A stretch of DNA of 64,000 nucleotides from Spirochaetota bacterium. GTDB taxonomy: Bacteria > Spirochaetota > UBA4802 > UBA5550. The DNA lies in assembly GCA_963664815.2 (NCBI GenBank), contig CAXXHB010000003.1, positions 1,856,001 through 1,920,000 of the forward strand, written 5' to 3'. Numbering within the stretch: the first letter of the stretch is position 1; each line of letters begins with the position of its first letter. Shown piece by piece: positions 28,466-38,749 of this stretch. The notes under the pieces are model-generated. The model was given only the letters and a program-made list of their open reading frames with translations, was not told where the DNA came from and searched no databases. The translations under genes were made by a program, and so were the position numbers.

Positions 28466-29824
28466 ATGAAATCTCCTTTGATGAAAAGTGTTTCAGGCAT
28501 CAGGGGCATAGTCGGTGAAAGTTTTACTCCGGTGCTTCTGAATTCTGCAGGTTCCGCTTTTGCTAAATTTGCCGGATATGGTACAGTCGTTGTCGGCAGA
28601 GACAGCCGGCCCACTGGCGAAGCAGTTTCGATGAACCTGATTTCGGTACTTCTTCTCTCCGGATGTGATGTTATTGATATTGGTGTTGTCCCTACTCCAA
28701 CAGTTCAGGTAATGGTTGAAGAACTTAAAGCTGCCGGAGGTATTGTTTTGTCGGCATCCCACAATCCCGTTGAATGGAATGCGCTGAAACTTATAAACAG
28801 CAGCGGTACTTTCTTAACCCCATCAGAAATAAAAAAACTTTTTAAATTAATGGAAGCACATTCTGACTTTAAAAAATGGAACGAAATTGGAAAACTCAGG
28901 TTTATTAATAATGCCGGAGAAATTCACCTTAAAAAAATAATGGATATTGTAGATGTTCAAAAAATAAGAAACAGAAAACTGCACGTTGTCCTTGATTCTG
29001 TGAATGGCGCTGGTTCATTAATTACACCTGACTTTTTAAGACAGCTTAACTGTAAAGTTACGGAGATTAATTGTATTCCTGACGGACTGTTCCCCCGTGG
29101 TGCTGAACCTCTTCCTGAAAATCTGAAACAGCTGTCGGAAGCCGTAATAAAGCATAAAGCAGATATAGGTTTTGCTCAGGATCCTGATGCAGACAGGCTT
29201 GCTGTAGTTGATGAAAATGGAAAACCGGTTGGTGAGGAGTATACGGTAACCCTTGTTGCTGATCACATTCTTGAAAGAAGACAGGGGGGTGTTGTAGTTA
29301 ATCTTTCCACTACAAAAGCCGTTGAAGATATTGCTTCAAGGCATAAAGTCCCTTTTTTCAGAGCAAAGGTGGGGGAGATAAATGTTGTTGAAGAGATAAA
29401 AAAGAGAGATGCAATAATTGGCGGAGAGGGTAATGGCGGAGTTATCTCTCCGGAGGTTCATCTTGGCCGTGACAGTCTTGCCGGTATTGCATATATACTT
29501 GAAATGATGTCTGTAAGAAAGAAAAAAATTTCTGAAATAATGAATGATATGCCTGAGTATTATATGAAGAAAGGCAAGGTCAGACTGGGTGAAAATTCAG
29601 ATGTAAATAATATTTTAAATGTAATAAAAAGTCAGTTTAAAGATGAAAAAATTTCAACAATTGACGGATTAAGAATAGATTTCGTAAAAAATGAAAATTT
29701 TAAAAGAGGGTGGGTACATCTCAGATCTTCAAACACGGAGCCGATTTTCAGGATAATTGCAGAGGCTGATTCAGAGTATAAAATGAATTCGATTTACAAA
29801 CACTTTTCAGGATTAATAAAATAA
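28466..29824 (+). CDS. glmM: Phosphoglucosamine mutase / phosphomannomutase family
   Basis: SGIRG, GRDSR, SASHNP (phosphoserine), DPDADR (metal loop), GGEGNGG, RSSNTEP. GlmM versus PMM specificity cannot be resolved by eye. Confidence 0.8.
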   Translation: MKSPLMKSVSGIRGIVGESFTPVLLNSAGSAFAKFAGYGTVVVGRDSRPTGEAVSMNLISVLLLSGCDVIDIGVVPTPTVQVMVEELKAAGGIVLSASHNPVEWNALKLINSSGTFLTPSEIKKLFKLMEAHSDFKKWNEIGKLRFINNAGEIHLKKIMDIVDVQKIRNRKLHVVLDSVNGAGSLITPDFLRQLNCKVTEINCIPDGLFPRGAEPLPENLKQLSEAVIKHKADIGFAQDPDADRLAVVDENGKPVGEEYTVTLVADHILERRQGGVVVNLSTTKAVEDIASRHKVPFFRAKVGEINVVEEIKKRDAIIGGEGNGGVISPEVHLGRDSLAGIAYILEMMSVRKKKISEIMNDMPEYYMKKGKVRLGENSDVNNILNVIKSQFKDEKISTIDGLRIDFVKNENFKRGWVHLRSSNTEPIFRIIAEADSEYKMNSIYKHFSGLIK

Positions 29825-29825
29825 A

Positions 29826-29850
29826 AAGCCCATTTTATTTCTATGGGCTT
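29826..29850. terminator. Probable terminator between convergent glmM and slyD
   Basis: AAGCCCAT...ATGGGCTT stem flanked by an A run (U run on the minus strand). Confidence 0.6.
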
Positions 29851-29884
29851 ATAAATTATTTCAGGCTATCGGTTATTATAAGTG

Positions 29885-30409
29885 TTAACTGCAGCCTGAA
29901 CAACCTCCGCCGCAACCGTCTCCACAGCTGTCTCCGCATCCGCACTCATCTTCCAGACCATACTCAATTTCCTCTTCTGTTGCTTCTCTTATATCAATAA
30001 TCTCAACATCAAAAAGAAGGTTTTTGCCTGCTAAAGGATGATTTCCGTCAAGAGTAATTTCATTATCAGATACATCAACAATAGTGAGAATCTGCATGCC
30101 CCCTTCATCATATGCCTGAAGCTGCATTCCAACTTCAATGCTTGGAAGATGTGATAATTTATCTTTACCTATTTTCTGAATAAGACCTTCAACCCTCAGG
30201 CCATAAGCATCTTCAGCTTTAACGGATGCAGTAAATTTATCCCCTACCTGTTTTCCTTCGAGTTCAGCTTCAAGGCCGGGAATTATACTGCCGGTTCCAT
30301 GAAGGTATTCAAGTGGTGCACTCTTTGATGAGCTGTCAAGGATTTCACCGGAATCATTTTTAAGTGTATATTCGAAGGTTACCACCTTATTTTCTTCAAT
30401 TTTGAGCAT
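29885..30409 (-). CDS. slyD: FKBP-type peptidyl-prolyl isomerase SlyD
   Basis: VVTFEYTL, PLEYLHG.G.IIPGLE, AYG, LDGNHPLAGKNL.FDVEI..IREAT.EE; Cys/Gly-rich tail. Confidence 0.93.
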   Translation of the reverse strand: MLKIEENKVVTFEYTLKNDSGEILDSSSKSAPLEYLHGTGSIIPGLEAELEGKQVGDKFTASVKAEDAYGLRVEGLIQKIGKDKLSHLPSIEVGMQLQAYDEGGMQILTIVDVSDNEITLDGNHPLAGKNLLFDVEIIDIREATEEEIEYGLEDECGCGDSCGDGCGGGCSGCS

Positions 30410-30608
30410 TAAAAAACCTCTCTTTTTTGATAAATGAATAACGTAATATTCGTATTCAATAATGCTTTTTTGTTACTTACGATAATATAAGTCAAATTAT
30501 TTTAATAAAAAATAAAAAAAACACTTCCGGTAATACAGTTTGAAATGGTGAAAAATTGTGGACATTTCCGGTATTCTTTTAAATAAATCCATCAGGTGGA
30601 GAATATTT

Positions 30609-33608
30609 ATGTCACAAAAAAGCATCGCGAAGTACAGGATCGAAGTTTATTATACAAAAGAAGATCCAAGAGGAACATCTGTAAAATTAAAGTTGAATAA
30701 TCTAGGGTATTCAATTGATAAAATATATATTTCAAACAACTATTTAATAAATATTGACATTGATGAAATCACTCTGAAACCGGCAGCTGCTATTCTTGTT
30801 CAACCTGTAACTGAGAGTTTTTCAATAAACAGTCCGTATAATCCTGAAAATTTTGATTTTTGTATTGAGGTGGGATTTCTCCCCGGCGTGACTGATAATA
30901 TTGCTCATACAGTCAGAGAATCTTTTGAAGATTTTTTTAAGATGAAATTCGACAGTGAAAAATCATTCTTTTATACAACATCATATTTTATAAAAGGTGA
31001 GGTCGATTCGAATACTATTAATTTATTAGGTAGGGAATTTTTTAATCCTCTTATACAGAGGATTAAAATTTTATCTTATAATGAGTATGTATTAAATAAA
31101 GGTATGGGATATGAAATTCCTGTTGTGCATATATCTGATGATGCGGGAGTGGATAATGTAAATCTGAATGTTAACAGTGAGGACCTTCTGAAAATAGGCA
31201 GGGATGGCATTCTGAATAATGACGGCACAAGAAGAGGACCTCTTGCTCTGGATATGCTTTCAATGAATGTCATTAAGGATTACTTTTATAATGAAGAGAA
31301 AAGAGAACCAACCGATATTGAACTTGAATCCATAGCACAGACCTGGAGTGAACATTGCAAGCATACCATTTTCGCGTCATCAATAGATGATGATACTCCT
31401 GAAGGAATTTACAAAACATATATCCGCGAGGCTACTAAGAGAATCAGAAAAGAGAAGGGAGATAAAGATTTCTGTGTGTCAGTTTTTACAGATAATTCCG
31501 GAGGAATCGATTTTGATGATGATTATATAATATCAGATAAAGTTGAAACACATAACAGTCCAAGTGCCCTTGATCCTTTTGGGGGTGCAATAACCGGCAT
31601 TGTCGGCGTAAACAGGGATTCCATCGGATTCGGAATGGGGGCAAAACCTGTCGCTAACCGTTTCGGGTTTTGTTTTGCCGATCCTGAAGATGAAAAACCT
31701 GTATATAAAAACAGAACCGGTGAAAGCAGACTTCTTTCACCCCGCAGAATTATGGAAGGAGTAGTACATGGAGTAAATGCTGGTGGAAACACTTCAGGTA
31801 TACCGACACCTCAGGGATTTATTTACTTTGATGAAAGATATAAAGGCAAACCCCTTGTGTTTGTTGGAACAATAGGCCTTATACCCAGAAAAACAGCCGG
31901 ACGTTCATCAGTTGAGAAAAAGGCAATGAATGGTGATAATATTGTTATAGTGGGGGGGAGAGTCGGAAGAGATGGAATTCATGGAGCGACTTTCTCGTCT
32001 GAAGCATTATCCTCCGGCAGCCCGGCAACAGCAGTTCAGATAGGTGATCCTATAACACAAAAAAAACTCTCTGATGCCATAATCAAAGAAGCAAGAGATG
32101 CCGGGCTTTACAACTCGATTACAGATAATGGTGCAGGCGGACTTTCCTGTTCAGTTGCCGAGATGGCAAAAGAGTGCGGTGGTTTTATAGTAGAGCTTGA
32201 AAAGGTTCCGCTTAAATATCATGGTCTTTCACCATGGCAGATCTGGGTTAGTGAATCCCAGGAGCGTATGACTCTTTCGGTACCGGAAAACAGGACAGAA
32301 GAGTTTATATCACTGATGATTAAAAGGGGAGTGGAAGCTACAATAATTGGTAAATTCACTTCATCCGGAAGAGGAATAGTAAATTACAGGAACAGGGAAA
32401 TATTCAATCTTAAACTTGATTTTCTTCATGACGGTCTGCCAAAACGTAATCTGTTTACTGAAGAGCCCCGGATAATAATTGAAAACCCGGAATTCAGTGA
32501 GCCGTCAGATTATAATAAGGTGCTTCACGATATGATTTCAAGACTTAATGTGTGCAGTTTTGAATATATATCATCCCAGTACGATCATGAGGTTCAGGGA
32601 AACTCAGTAATTAAACCGCTGCAGGGGAAAGGGAGGGTAAATTCAAATGTTTCTGTTATACGGCCGGTATTAACTTCGAACAAAGGAGTTGTCCTTTCCC
32701 AGGGATTTTATCCTTCATACAGCGATATAGATACATACCGGATGGCAGCATGTTCAATAGATACAGCAGTAAGAAATGCCATTTCTGCCGGAGCTTCGTT
32801 AGAGCATCTTGCTGTTCTTGATAATTTCTGCTGGTGTGATTCAAATAATCCCTTCAGACTATGGCAATTAAAAAAAGCTGCAAAAGCGTGTTATGATTTT
32901 GCAGTTGCATATGGAACCCCTTATATTTCAGGCAAAGACAGCATGTTTAACGATTTCCATGGTTTTGATGAAAACTTTAATGCGCTGAATATATCTATAC
33001 CTCCAACGTTATTAATTTCTTCAATTGGTGTTATTAATGATATAACAAAAGCAGTAACCCTTGATTTTAAAGTTCCCGGTGATTTGATATATCTTATCGG
33101 AACCACAAAGAATGAAACCGGTGGCAGTGAGTATAATCTCTATATTAATGAAAAAGAATGTGATAAAAATCGAATCCGGACAAACATCCCGGAAGTTAAT
33201 GCCATAATTTTTAAAAAGATATATAAAGCTGTCGAACAGGCAATAGATGAAAGGCTTCTTGCATCATCAATAAGTATTGAAAGAGGTGGACTCGCCGTAG
33301 CATTATGTAAATCATCCGTGGCAGGTTTGTATGGATGCAGTATAAAGCTTGCCGGTATAACAAATAACGAAATCATAAGGAACGATATACTCCTGTTTTC
33401 TGAATCTCAGGGTAGATTTCTCGTAACAGTAAATCCGGACAGAAAAGATGTGTTTGAAAAATTATTTGCCGGACTTCCTTATTTTTTACTAGGAACAGTG
33501 GGAAAGAAAACATCATTCATAATAGATGGTATTGATGGTAAAAATATTATTGATACTGATATTTATGATGTTGAAGATAGTTATAAGAAAAAGCTAAAAA
33601 AATATTAA
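30609..33608 (+). CDS. purL: Phosphoribosylformylglycinamidine synthase synthetase subunit with an N-terminal PurS-like extension
   Basis: AQTWSEHCKH, KVETHNSPSALDPFGGAITG, GRDGIHGAT, VQIGDP, DNGAGG, SESQERM, ISGKDSM. Start MSQKS (30609) follows an AGGTGGAG RBS. Confidence 0.93.
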   Translation: MSQKSIAKYRIEVYYTKEDPRGTSVKLKLNNLGYSIDKIYISNNYLINIDIDEITLKPAAAILVQPVTESFSINSPYNPENFDFCIEVGFLPGVTDNIAHTVRESFEDFFKMKFDSEKSFFYTTSYFIKGEVDSNTINLLGREFFNPLIQRIKILSYNEYVLNKGMGYEIPVVHISDDAGVDNVNLNVNSEDLLKIGRDGILNNDGTRRGPLALDMLSMNVIKDYFYNEEKREPTDIELESIAQTWSEHCKHTIFASSIDDDTPEGIYKTYIREATKRIRKEKGDKDFCVSVFTDNSGGIDFDDDYIISDKVETHNSPSALDPFGGAITGIVGVNRDSIGFGMGAKPVANRFGFCFADPEDEKPVYKNRTGESRLLSPRRIMEGVVHGVNAGGNTSGIPTPQGFIYFDERYKGKPLVFVGTIGLIPRKTAGRSSVEKKAMNGDNIVIVGGRVGRDGIHGATFSSEALSSGSPATAVQIGDPITQKKLSDAIIKEARDAGLYNSITDNGAGGLSCSVAEMAKECGGFIVELEKVPLKYHGLSPWQIWVSESQERMTLSVPENRTEEFISLMIKRGVEATIIGKFTSSGRGIVNYRNREIFNLKLDFLHDGLPKRNLFTEEPRIIIENPEFSEPSDYNKVLHDMISRLNVCSFEYISSQYDHEVQGNSVIKPLQGKGRVNSNVSVIRPVLTSNKGVVLSQGFYPSYSDIDTYRMAACSIDTAVRNAISAGASLEHLAVLDNFCWCDSNNPFRLWQLKKAAKACYDFAVAYGTPYISGKDSMFNDFHGFDENFNALNISIPPTLLISSIGVINDITKAVTLDFKVPGDLIYLIGTTKNETGGSEYNLYINEKECDKNRIRTNIPEVNAIIFKKIYKAVEQAIDERLLASSISIERGGLAVALCKSSVAGLYGCSIKLAGITNNEIIRNDILLFSESQGRFLVTVNPDRKDVFEKLFAGLPYFLLGTVGKKTSFIIDGIDGKNIIDTDIYDVEDSYKKKLKKY

Positions 33609-33618
33609 GGAATTATAA

Positions 33619-34428
33619 ATGGCAAAACCTGCAACACTTGTTCTCACCGGGTATGGAATAAATTGTGAAGAGGAAACCGCTTTTGCTTTTGAAATTGCCG
33701 GTTCTGATGCAAAAATTATTCATATTAATGATCTTATTGAAAACCGAAGAATGCTTGATGATTTTCAGGTGCTTGTTTTCCCCGGTGGATTTTCATATGG
33801 TGATGATACCGGCAGCGGGAAGGCACTGGCTAACAGAATAAAGAATAATCTTTTTGAAGAGATAAAAAAATTTGCAGAAAGAGATACATTAACTTTAGGA
33901 ATATGTAATGGTTTTCAGGTTCTTGCAAACCTTGGATTGCTTCCTCAAATTGAGGAATTCAACGGAAAAGCGAGTATAGCGCTTGAATATAATAAATCTT
34001 TCAGGTATCAGTGCCGATGGGTGGACGTGATTATTGAAAAAGATTCCCCGTCTGTTTTTACAAACGGTATTGAAAAAATGCATATTCCTGTTGCTCATGG
34101 GGAAGGAAACTTTTACGCTCCGGAAGATATCCTTTGTAAAATTGAATCAATGAATCTTGTATCGATGCGATATATAAAAAATGATGGATCAAGGGCCTGT
34201 TCGGAATTTCCTTTTAATCCAAATGGATCTATGAATGATATTGCATCTATATGTTCTCCAGACGGCAGAATTATGGGAATGATGCCGCATCCGGAGAGGG
34301 GTATGTTTTTTACGCAGAGAGATGACTGGACTTTATTAAAAGAGGAATATATACGGAAAGGGAACGAAATTCCGGTTTATAGTGATTGTATAACACTATT
34401 TAAGAATGCTGTTGAATATTTCAAATAA
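33619..34428 (+). CDS. purQ: Phosphoribosylformylglycinamidine synthase glutaminase subunit
   Basis: GINCEEET, PGGFSYGDD, LGICNGFQ, PVAHGEG, NPNGS, GMMPHPER. Confidence 0.96.
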   Translation: MAKPATLVLTGYGINCEEETAFAFEIAGSDAKIIHINDLIENRRMLDDFQVLVFPGGFSYGDDTGSGKALANRIKNNLFEEIKKFAERDTLTLGICNGFQVLANLGLLPQIEEFNGKASIALEYNKSFRYQCRWVDVIIEKDSPSVFTNGIEKMHIPVAHGEGNFYAPEDILCKIESMNLVSMRYIKNDGSRACSEFPFNPNGSMNDIASICSPDGRIMGMMPHPERGMFFTQRDDWTLLKEEYIRKGNEIPVYSDCITLFKNAVEYFK

Positions 34429-34491
34429 ATATACGGATAGTCTGATCTATAAAAGAAGCATTGAAATTCAGTAATCGGGATAAATAAAAAA

Positions 34492-35547
34492 ATGAAAAAA
34501 ATAATTCCAGTTCTAATCAGTTTAATTTTTTTACAGGGATGCACCAAGTGGTTTGTTAATTCTCTTAATTCGGAAACAGTTGCTACAATTAAAAGCGGCG
34601 ATGGGCCGGGGCAGATTCAGATTGTAAGAGATGAATATTCACTTAATGATCTGTCGTTTAAGATTGAAGTACATAAAGATAAAATTATTACTGCTGATAA
34701 CAACCTGAAAAGATTACAGATATTAAACAGCAGTTCAAATCCGGAACTGATTATAGGCGCTCTCCAATCGATTGATAAAAACAAGTATAAAACAGTAAAC
34801 TTCAATTTTAATATAATCGGCTCTTTTACTATGGATGATGATAACAACCTGTATGTCCAGAACAGACTTATTACAAAGACTGCAGCAGCAGGAGACCGGG
34901 AAGGAGCAAATTTTTCGCCATCATACATTCTTGTTTTTAATGAGAATGGTGAACTGCAATATACAATGGGTAAAACCGGAACTCCTGATATACCATTCTT
35001 CTACATAGAAAAGCTTTTCATAGATTCTGACGACAGATTATTTGTATTATCAAGAACATTCAATACATGGGAATTGTTCAGATTCAATAAACGGAAAAGA
35101 GAGAAATATGTTGATTTTTCAAAGCTTAATTTTACAGAAACGGAGAACAATAATAAATATAACGGTAAAATTGAAAACATTGTAATTCTGAAAAGCGGAG
35201 ATGAAGTTATAATATCAGTGGCGTATTATCATGATATAAGGTTTAAATATAGAAAGATATATGAGTTTTCACTTGAAAAAGATAAAATAGTAAGAGAGAT
35301 TACAAACATCCAGGATCCGAAGAATGTACTTTTCAATATAGTTGATGATAAAATTTTATATTTCTGGAATATAGAGGGGAAAGAGATCAAGTTCATGCTT
35401 GTAAATATGGATGGAAATATTATCAATAATGTTAAAGTAGAATTTGATAATAACAATATTTTTTCAAAAATTATTTATGATGAAAATGGCACAATATATT
35501 CATATCACATATATGATGACAAAATGAAAATTTTCGAATGGAAATAA
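34492..35547 (+). CDS. Hypothetical lipoprotein (beta-propeller-like)
   Basis: MKK..FLQG-C lipobox; NHL-like strands (MDDDNNLYV, IDSDDRLFV). Confidence 0.7.
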   Translation: MKKIIPVLISLIFLQGCTKWFVNSLNSETVATIKSGDGPGQIQIVRDEYSLNDLSFKIEVHKDKIITADNNLKRLQILNSSSNPELIIGALQSIDKNKYKTVNFNFNIIGSFTMDDDNNLYVQNRLITKTAAAGDREGANFSPSYILVFNENGELQYTMGKTGTPDIPFFYIEKLFIDSDDRLFVLSRTFNTWELFRFNKRKREKYVDFSKLNFTETENNNKYNGKIENIVILKSGDEVIISVAYYHDIRFKYRKIYEFSLEKDKIVREITNIQDPKNVLFNIVDDKILYFWNIEGKEIKFMLVNMDGNIINNVKVEFDNNNIFSKIIYDENGTIYSYHIYDDKMKIFEWK

Positions 35548-35554
35548 AATAATA

Positions 35555-37072
35555 ATGAAAGTGGTAACCTCCGCTGAGATGAGAGAAATTGACCGGATTT
35601 CGATAGAAGAAATCGGGATACCCTCGTCAGTATTAATGAATAATGCAGGTAAATCTGTTGCTGAAATTATAATGCATAGATTTAAAGATAAAAAAATAAT
35701 AATATTCTGCGGGACAGGTAATAATGGAGGTGATGGCTTTACAGTTGCATATTATCTGTTAAACAATGGTATGGAACCTGTAATATATCTTTCAGGAAAA
35801 AAGAACAGGGTTTCAGAAACATCAAAAATATTTCTTGATCTCTGCGGAAATATGAATTTAAAAATAAATGAAATTGATGAAAATAACATTTCCACAATAT
35901 CAATAAATAAAGACTCTGTAATTGTTGACGCTATACTTGGTACAGGTTTTGAAGGTATTCCGAAGGGAATTCATAAAGAATTTATAAAACTGATAAATAG
36001 TTCAGATAACAAAGTGATATCCATTGATGTACCAAGTGGTCTCAATTCTGATGGTATGCTTCCATCTGGTGAATGTATTAAAGCAGATTTTACTGTTACT
36101 ATAGGACTCCCAAAAATTTCTCTTGTGACATATCCATGTAAATCATTCTGCGGTGAACTGACAATTGTTGATATAGGTTTCCCGTCATTTCTTACATCTG
36201 ATGAAAAACTGAAGGTAAAACTTATAAATGAAAGTTTTTTCAGAGATTTAAAAATTAATAATTCAGACAATGATATACATAAAGGGGAAAGGGGGCACAC
36301 TCTTTTAATCGGTGGATTTAACGGGATGGAGGGCGCTGCAATTCTGACAGCATCTGCGCTTTTTAATACAGGTGCGGGTCTGGTAACGATTGCAACTGAA
36401 AATGAATCACGCAGACTAATTGCCGGAAAAGTTCCTGAAGCAATGACTTTATCTCTGCCGGATGATCCTGAATCATTTATCCTGGGAGATTTTATTAAAT
36501 CAAAAAAAATTACAACTTTAATAATAGGGCCTGGTCTTGGAAGAACATCATATTCTGAAAAAATATTCAGGAATACAATCGGATCGATCATTGGTACAGG
36601 AATAAAAAAAGTTCTCATTGACGGGGATGGACTTTTTTTTCTGGCGGATTTTATAAAGTATGACAGACTGCCGGCTGATATAGATTTTATAATAACACCA
36701 CATTTTATGGAAGCATCAAGAATTTTAATGAAAGATATTGATGTTATAAAAAGTAACAGATTGGAGAGCTGTAAGGAACTTGCAGGTTTTACAGGCTGCA
36801 TCGCTGTATTAAAAGGTCCTGCAACTATTGTTTCAGATGGTTATAATTCATTTATAAATACAACAGGCAATAACGGATTAGCTACTGCGGGTTCTGGTGA
36901 TGTTTTGTCCGGCATTATCGGTGCATTTATGAACAGGGATATAACATGTGCAGAAGCTGCTGCAGCCGGTGTTTATATTCATGGATTATGTGCTGATATC
37001 TTTGGAAAGAGAGCTTCTGTTTCAACAATGAGCGCTGCTGATATAATACAGAATATAAGAGTAGCAGTGTAA
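35555..37072 (+). CDS. nnr: Bifunctional NAD(P)H-hydrate epimerase/dehydratase
   Basis: CGTGNNGGDG, VDAILGTG, SIDVPSG (YjeF-N); HKGERG, GPGLG, TPHFMEA, LKG, ATAGSGDVLSG (YjeF-C). Confidence 0.95.
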   Translation: MKVVTSAEMREIDRISIEEIGIPSSVLMNNAGKSVAEIIMHRFKDKKIIIFCGTGNNGGDGFTVAYYLLNNGMEPVIYLSGKKNRVSETSKIFLDLCGNMNLKINEIDENNISTISINKDSVIVDAILGTGFEGIPKGIHKEFIKLINSSDNKVISIDVPSGLNSDGMLPSGECIKADFTVTIGLPKISLVTYPCKSFCGELTIVDIGFPSFLTSDEKLKVKLINESFFRDLKINNSDNDIHKGERGHTLLIGGFNGMEGAAILTASALFNTGAGLVTIATENESRRLIAGKVPEAMTLSLPDDPESFILGDFIKSKKITTLIIGPGLGRTSYSEKIFRNTIGSIIGTGIKKVLIDGDGLFFLADFIKYDRLPADIDFIITPHFMEASRILMKDIDVIKSNRLESCKELAGFTGCIAVLKGPATIVSDGYNSFINTTGNNGLATAGSGDVLSGIIGAFMNRDITCAEAAAAGVYIHGLCADIFGKRASVSTMSAADIIQNIRVAV

Positions 37073-37113
37073 ATAATTTTTCAATTGATAAAAATAAAAA
37101 AAACGGAATAGTT

Positions 37114-37494
37114 ATGGAAAAATTCAGACCGCCATGTGTAGAATGCGGAGGAAGTTGTTGTGATTATATTGCTGTTGAAATTGAAAAACCAACCCGGAAA
37201 AAAGACTATGACAGCATTCGCTGGTATCTTGCTCATAAAAATGTTAATGTTTTTATTGATCATTCTAAAACATGGTATGTTGAATTTCGTACAGCCTGTG
37301 ATAAAAAAAATTCTGTGAACAAGTGCATTATCTATAATAAACGTCCATCAATCTGCAGGGGGCATGGAAATTCAGAAGGTTCATGTGAATACTATGATTC
37401 TCCTTACATGGAATATTTTTCATCTTTAAAGGAATTCGAAAAATATCTGGATAACAAGAAAATTGACTGGAAATTCAATTTTCTTAAGAAATAA
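37114..37494 (+). CDS. YkgJ family cysteine-cluster (CxxCxxxCC) protein
   Basis: CVECGGSCC...C......C.IY..RP.ICR. Confidence 0.88.
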   Translation: MEKFRPPCVECGGSCCDYIAVEIEKPTRKKDYDSIRWYLAHKNVNVFIDHSKTWYVEFRTACDKKNSVNKCIIYNKRPSICRGHGNSEGSCEYYDSPYMEYFSSLKEFEKYLDNKKIDWKFNFLKK

Positions 37495-37657
37495 GGCCAC
37501 TTCTTGTTATAGTTCTGCTGCCTAAAAATCCGGTTAAGTTTTTCCTGTAAAAAGAGTGTATCGTTAATATTTATTTAAACATTAAATAATAAAAAAGTGA
37601 TGATAGCATCATTCTTTCTTTATAAAGTAATTTTTAAATAAATCCGATTACATATAT

Positions 37658-38749
37658 ATGAATATAAATAAATTATTTATAAAGATATTTATTATTTTAT
37701 TTATTTTTTTTATTATCAATCAGAGGATACTATCTGCAGAAAAAATCAGTGATCCCATTGATAATTCCTATATAATAAATAATCTTAAGATGGAAAGTGA
37801 CTCTGCGCCTGCATCCGGGGAACAGGATTCGGAAAGTGGTGAAATAATCTTTGATAACAGTTTTGATGATGATCTGGCTAATAAATCAAAATCAGATATT
37901 AAAAATATTTATAAAGACAGTTTAAAAAATAAAAAATCTTCTGATAAAAGACTTCATTTGAGTGAGTACCGGGTTAAAAGAAATGAAAACCTGTGGAAAA
38001 TAGCTAAAAAATCAGGAATGAATATCAATGAACTTATTGAAATAAACAAATTAAAAAAACCTGAATTATTAAAAGAAAATGATATTATTCTCATGCCATC
38101 AACAAAAGGTATCTTTTACAAAATAAAGAAGGGTGATACTCTTACAGGTATATCACAAAAATTTAAAACAGAAGTTGATATAATAGCGGAGCATAATAAT
38201 ATTGATGGACGAAGAATATTAATAGGAAAAAAAATATTTATTCCTGATGCTGTTGAAACAGTAAAATCTGGACCTGTAAAAAAGAAAGAGATTAAAACTG
38301 AAGCTGAAAGAATACCTCAGATAGCATCTGTCAAAAAAAATAATGAAAAAAACTCCGCTGAAAAAATATCTTTTAAATGGCCTATTCATGGACCGATAAC
38401 TTCAGGTTTCGGAATAAGAACGCATCCATTTTCAGGAGATAAAAGATTTCATTGCGGACTTGATATAGGAGCTGAAGAGGGAACGATAGTAAGATCGTCA
38501 GGGGATGGTTCCGTTATTTTCAGTGGCTGGAAAGAAGCTTATGGTAATATGATTGTTGTTTCTCATAAAAATAATTATATTACCATATATGCTCACAATA
38601 GTAAAAATCTTGTTGATGTGGACGAGAAGGTAGTAAAAGGTCAGAAAATTGCTCTTTCAGGTAAAACCGGTGCGGTAACAGGAGCGCATCTTCATTTTGA
38701 AATAAGAAAAGGAATTGTTCCTCTCAATCCATTAAGGATTTTAAAATAA
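37658..38749 (+). CDS. LysM / M23 family peptidoglycan endopeptidase
   Basis: Two LysM repeats (YRVKRNENLWKIA, YKIKKGDTLTGIS); M23 motifs ITSGFG.R.HP, HCGLD, YAH, HLHFEI. Confidence 0.93.
   Translation: MNINKLFIKIFIILFIFFIINQRILSAEKISDPIDNSYIINNLKMESDSAPASGEQDSESGEIIFDNSFDDDLANKSKSDIKNIYKDSLKNKKSSDKRLHLSEYRVKRNENLWKIAKKSGMNINELIEINKLKKPELLKENDIILMPSTKGIFYKIKKGDTLTGISQKFKTEVDIIAEHNNIDGRRILIGKKIFIPDAVETVKSGPVKKKEIKTEAERIPQIASVKKNNEKNSAEKISFKWPIHGPITSGFGIRTHPFSGDKRFHCGLDIGAEEGTIVRSSGDGSVIFSGWKEAYGNMIVVSHKNNYITIYAHNSKNLVDVDEKVVKGQKIALSGKTGAVTGAHLHFEIRKGIVPLNPLRILK

Noticed and set aside
30410-30608. Purine or ZTP riboswitch upstream of purL
   Set aside because: The region is AT-rich and lacks the conserved cores of either aptamer.
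35971-36801. 276-aa antisense ORF inside nnr
   Set aside because: Exact antisense frame of a conserved gene; Ser/Ile/Pro-rich with no motif.
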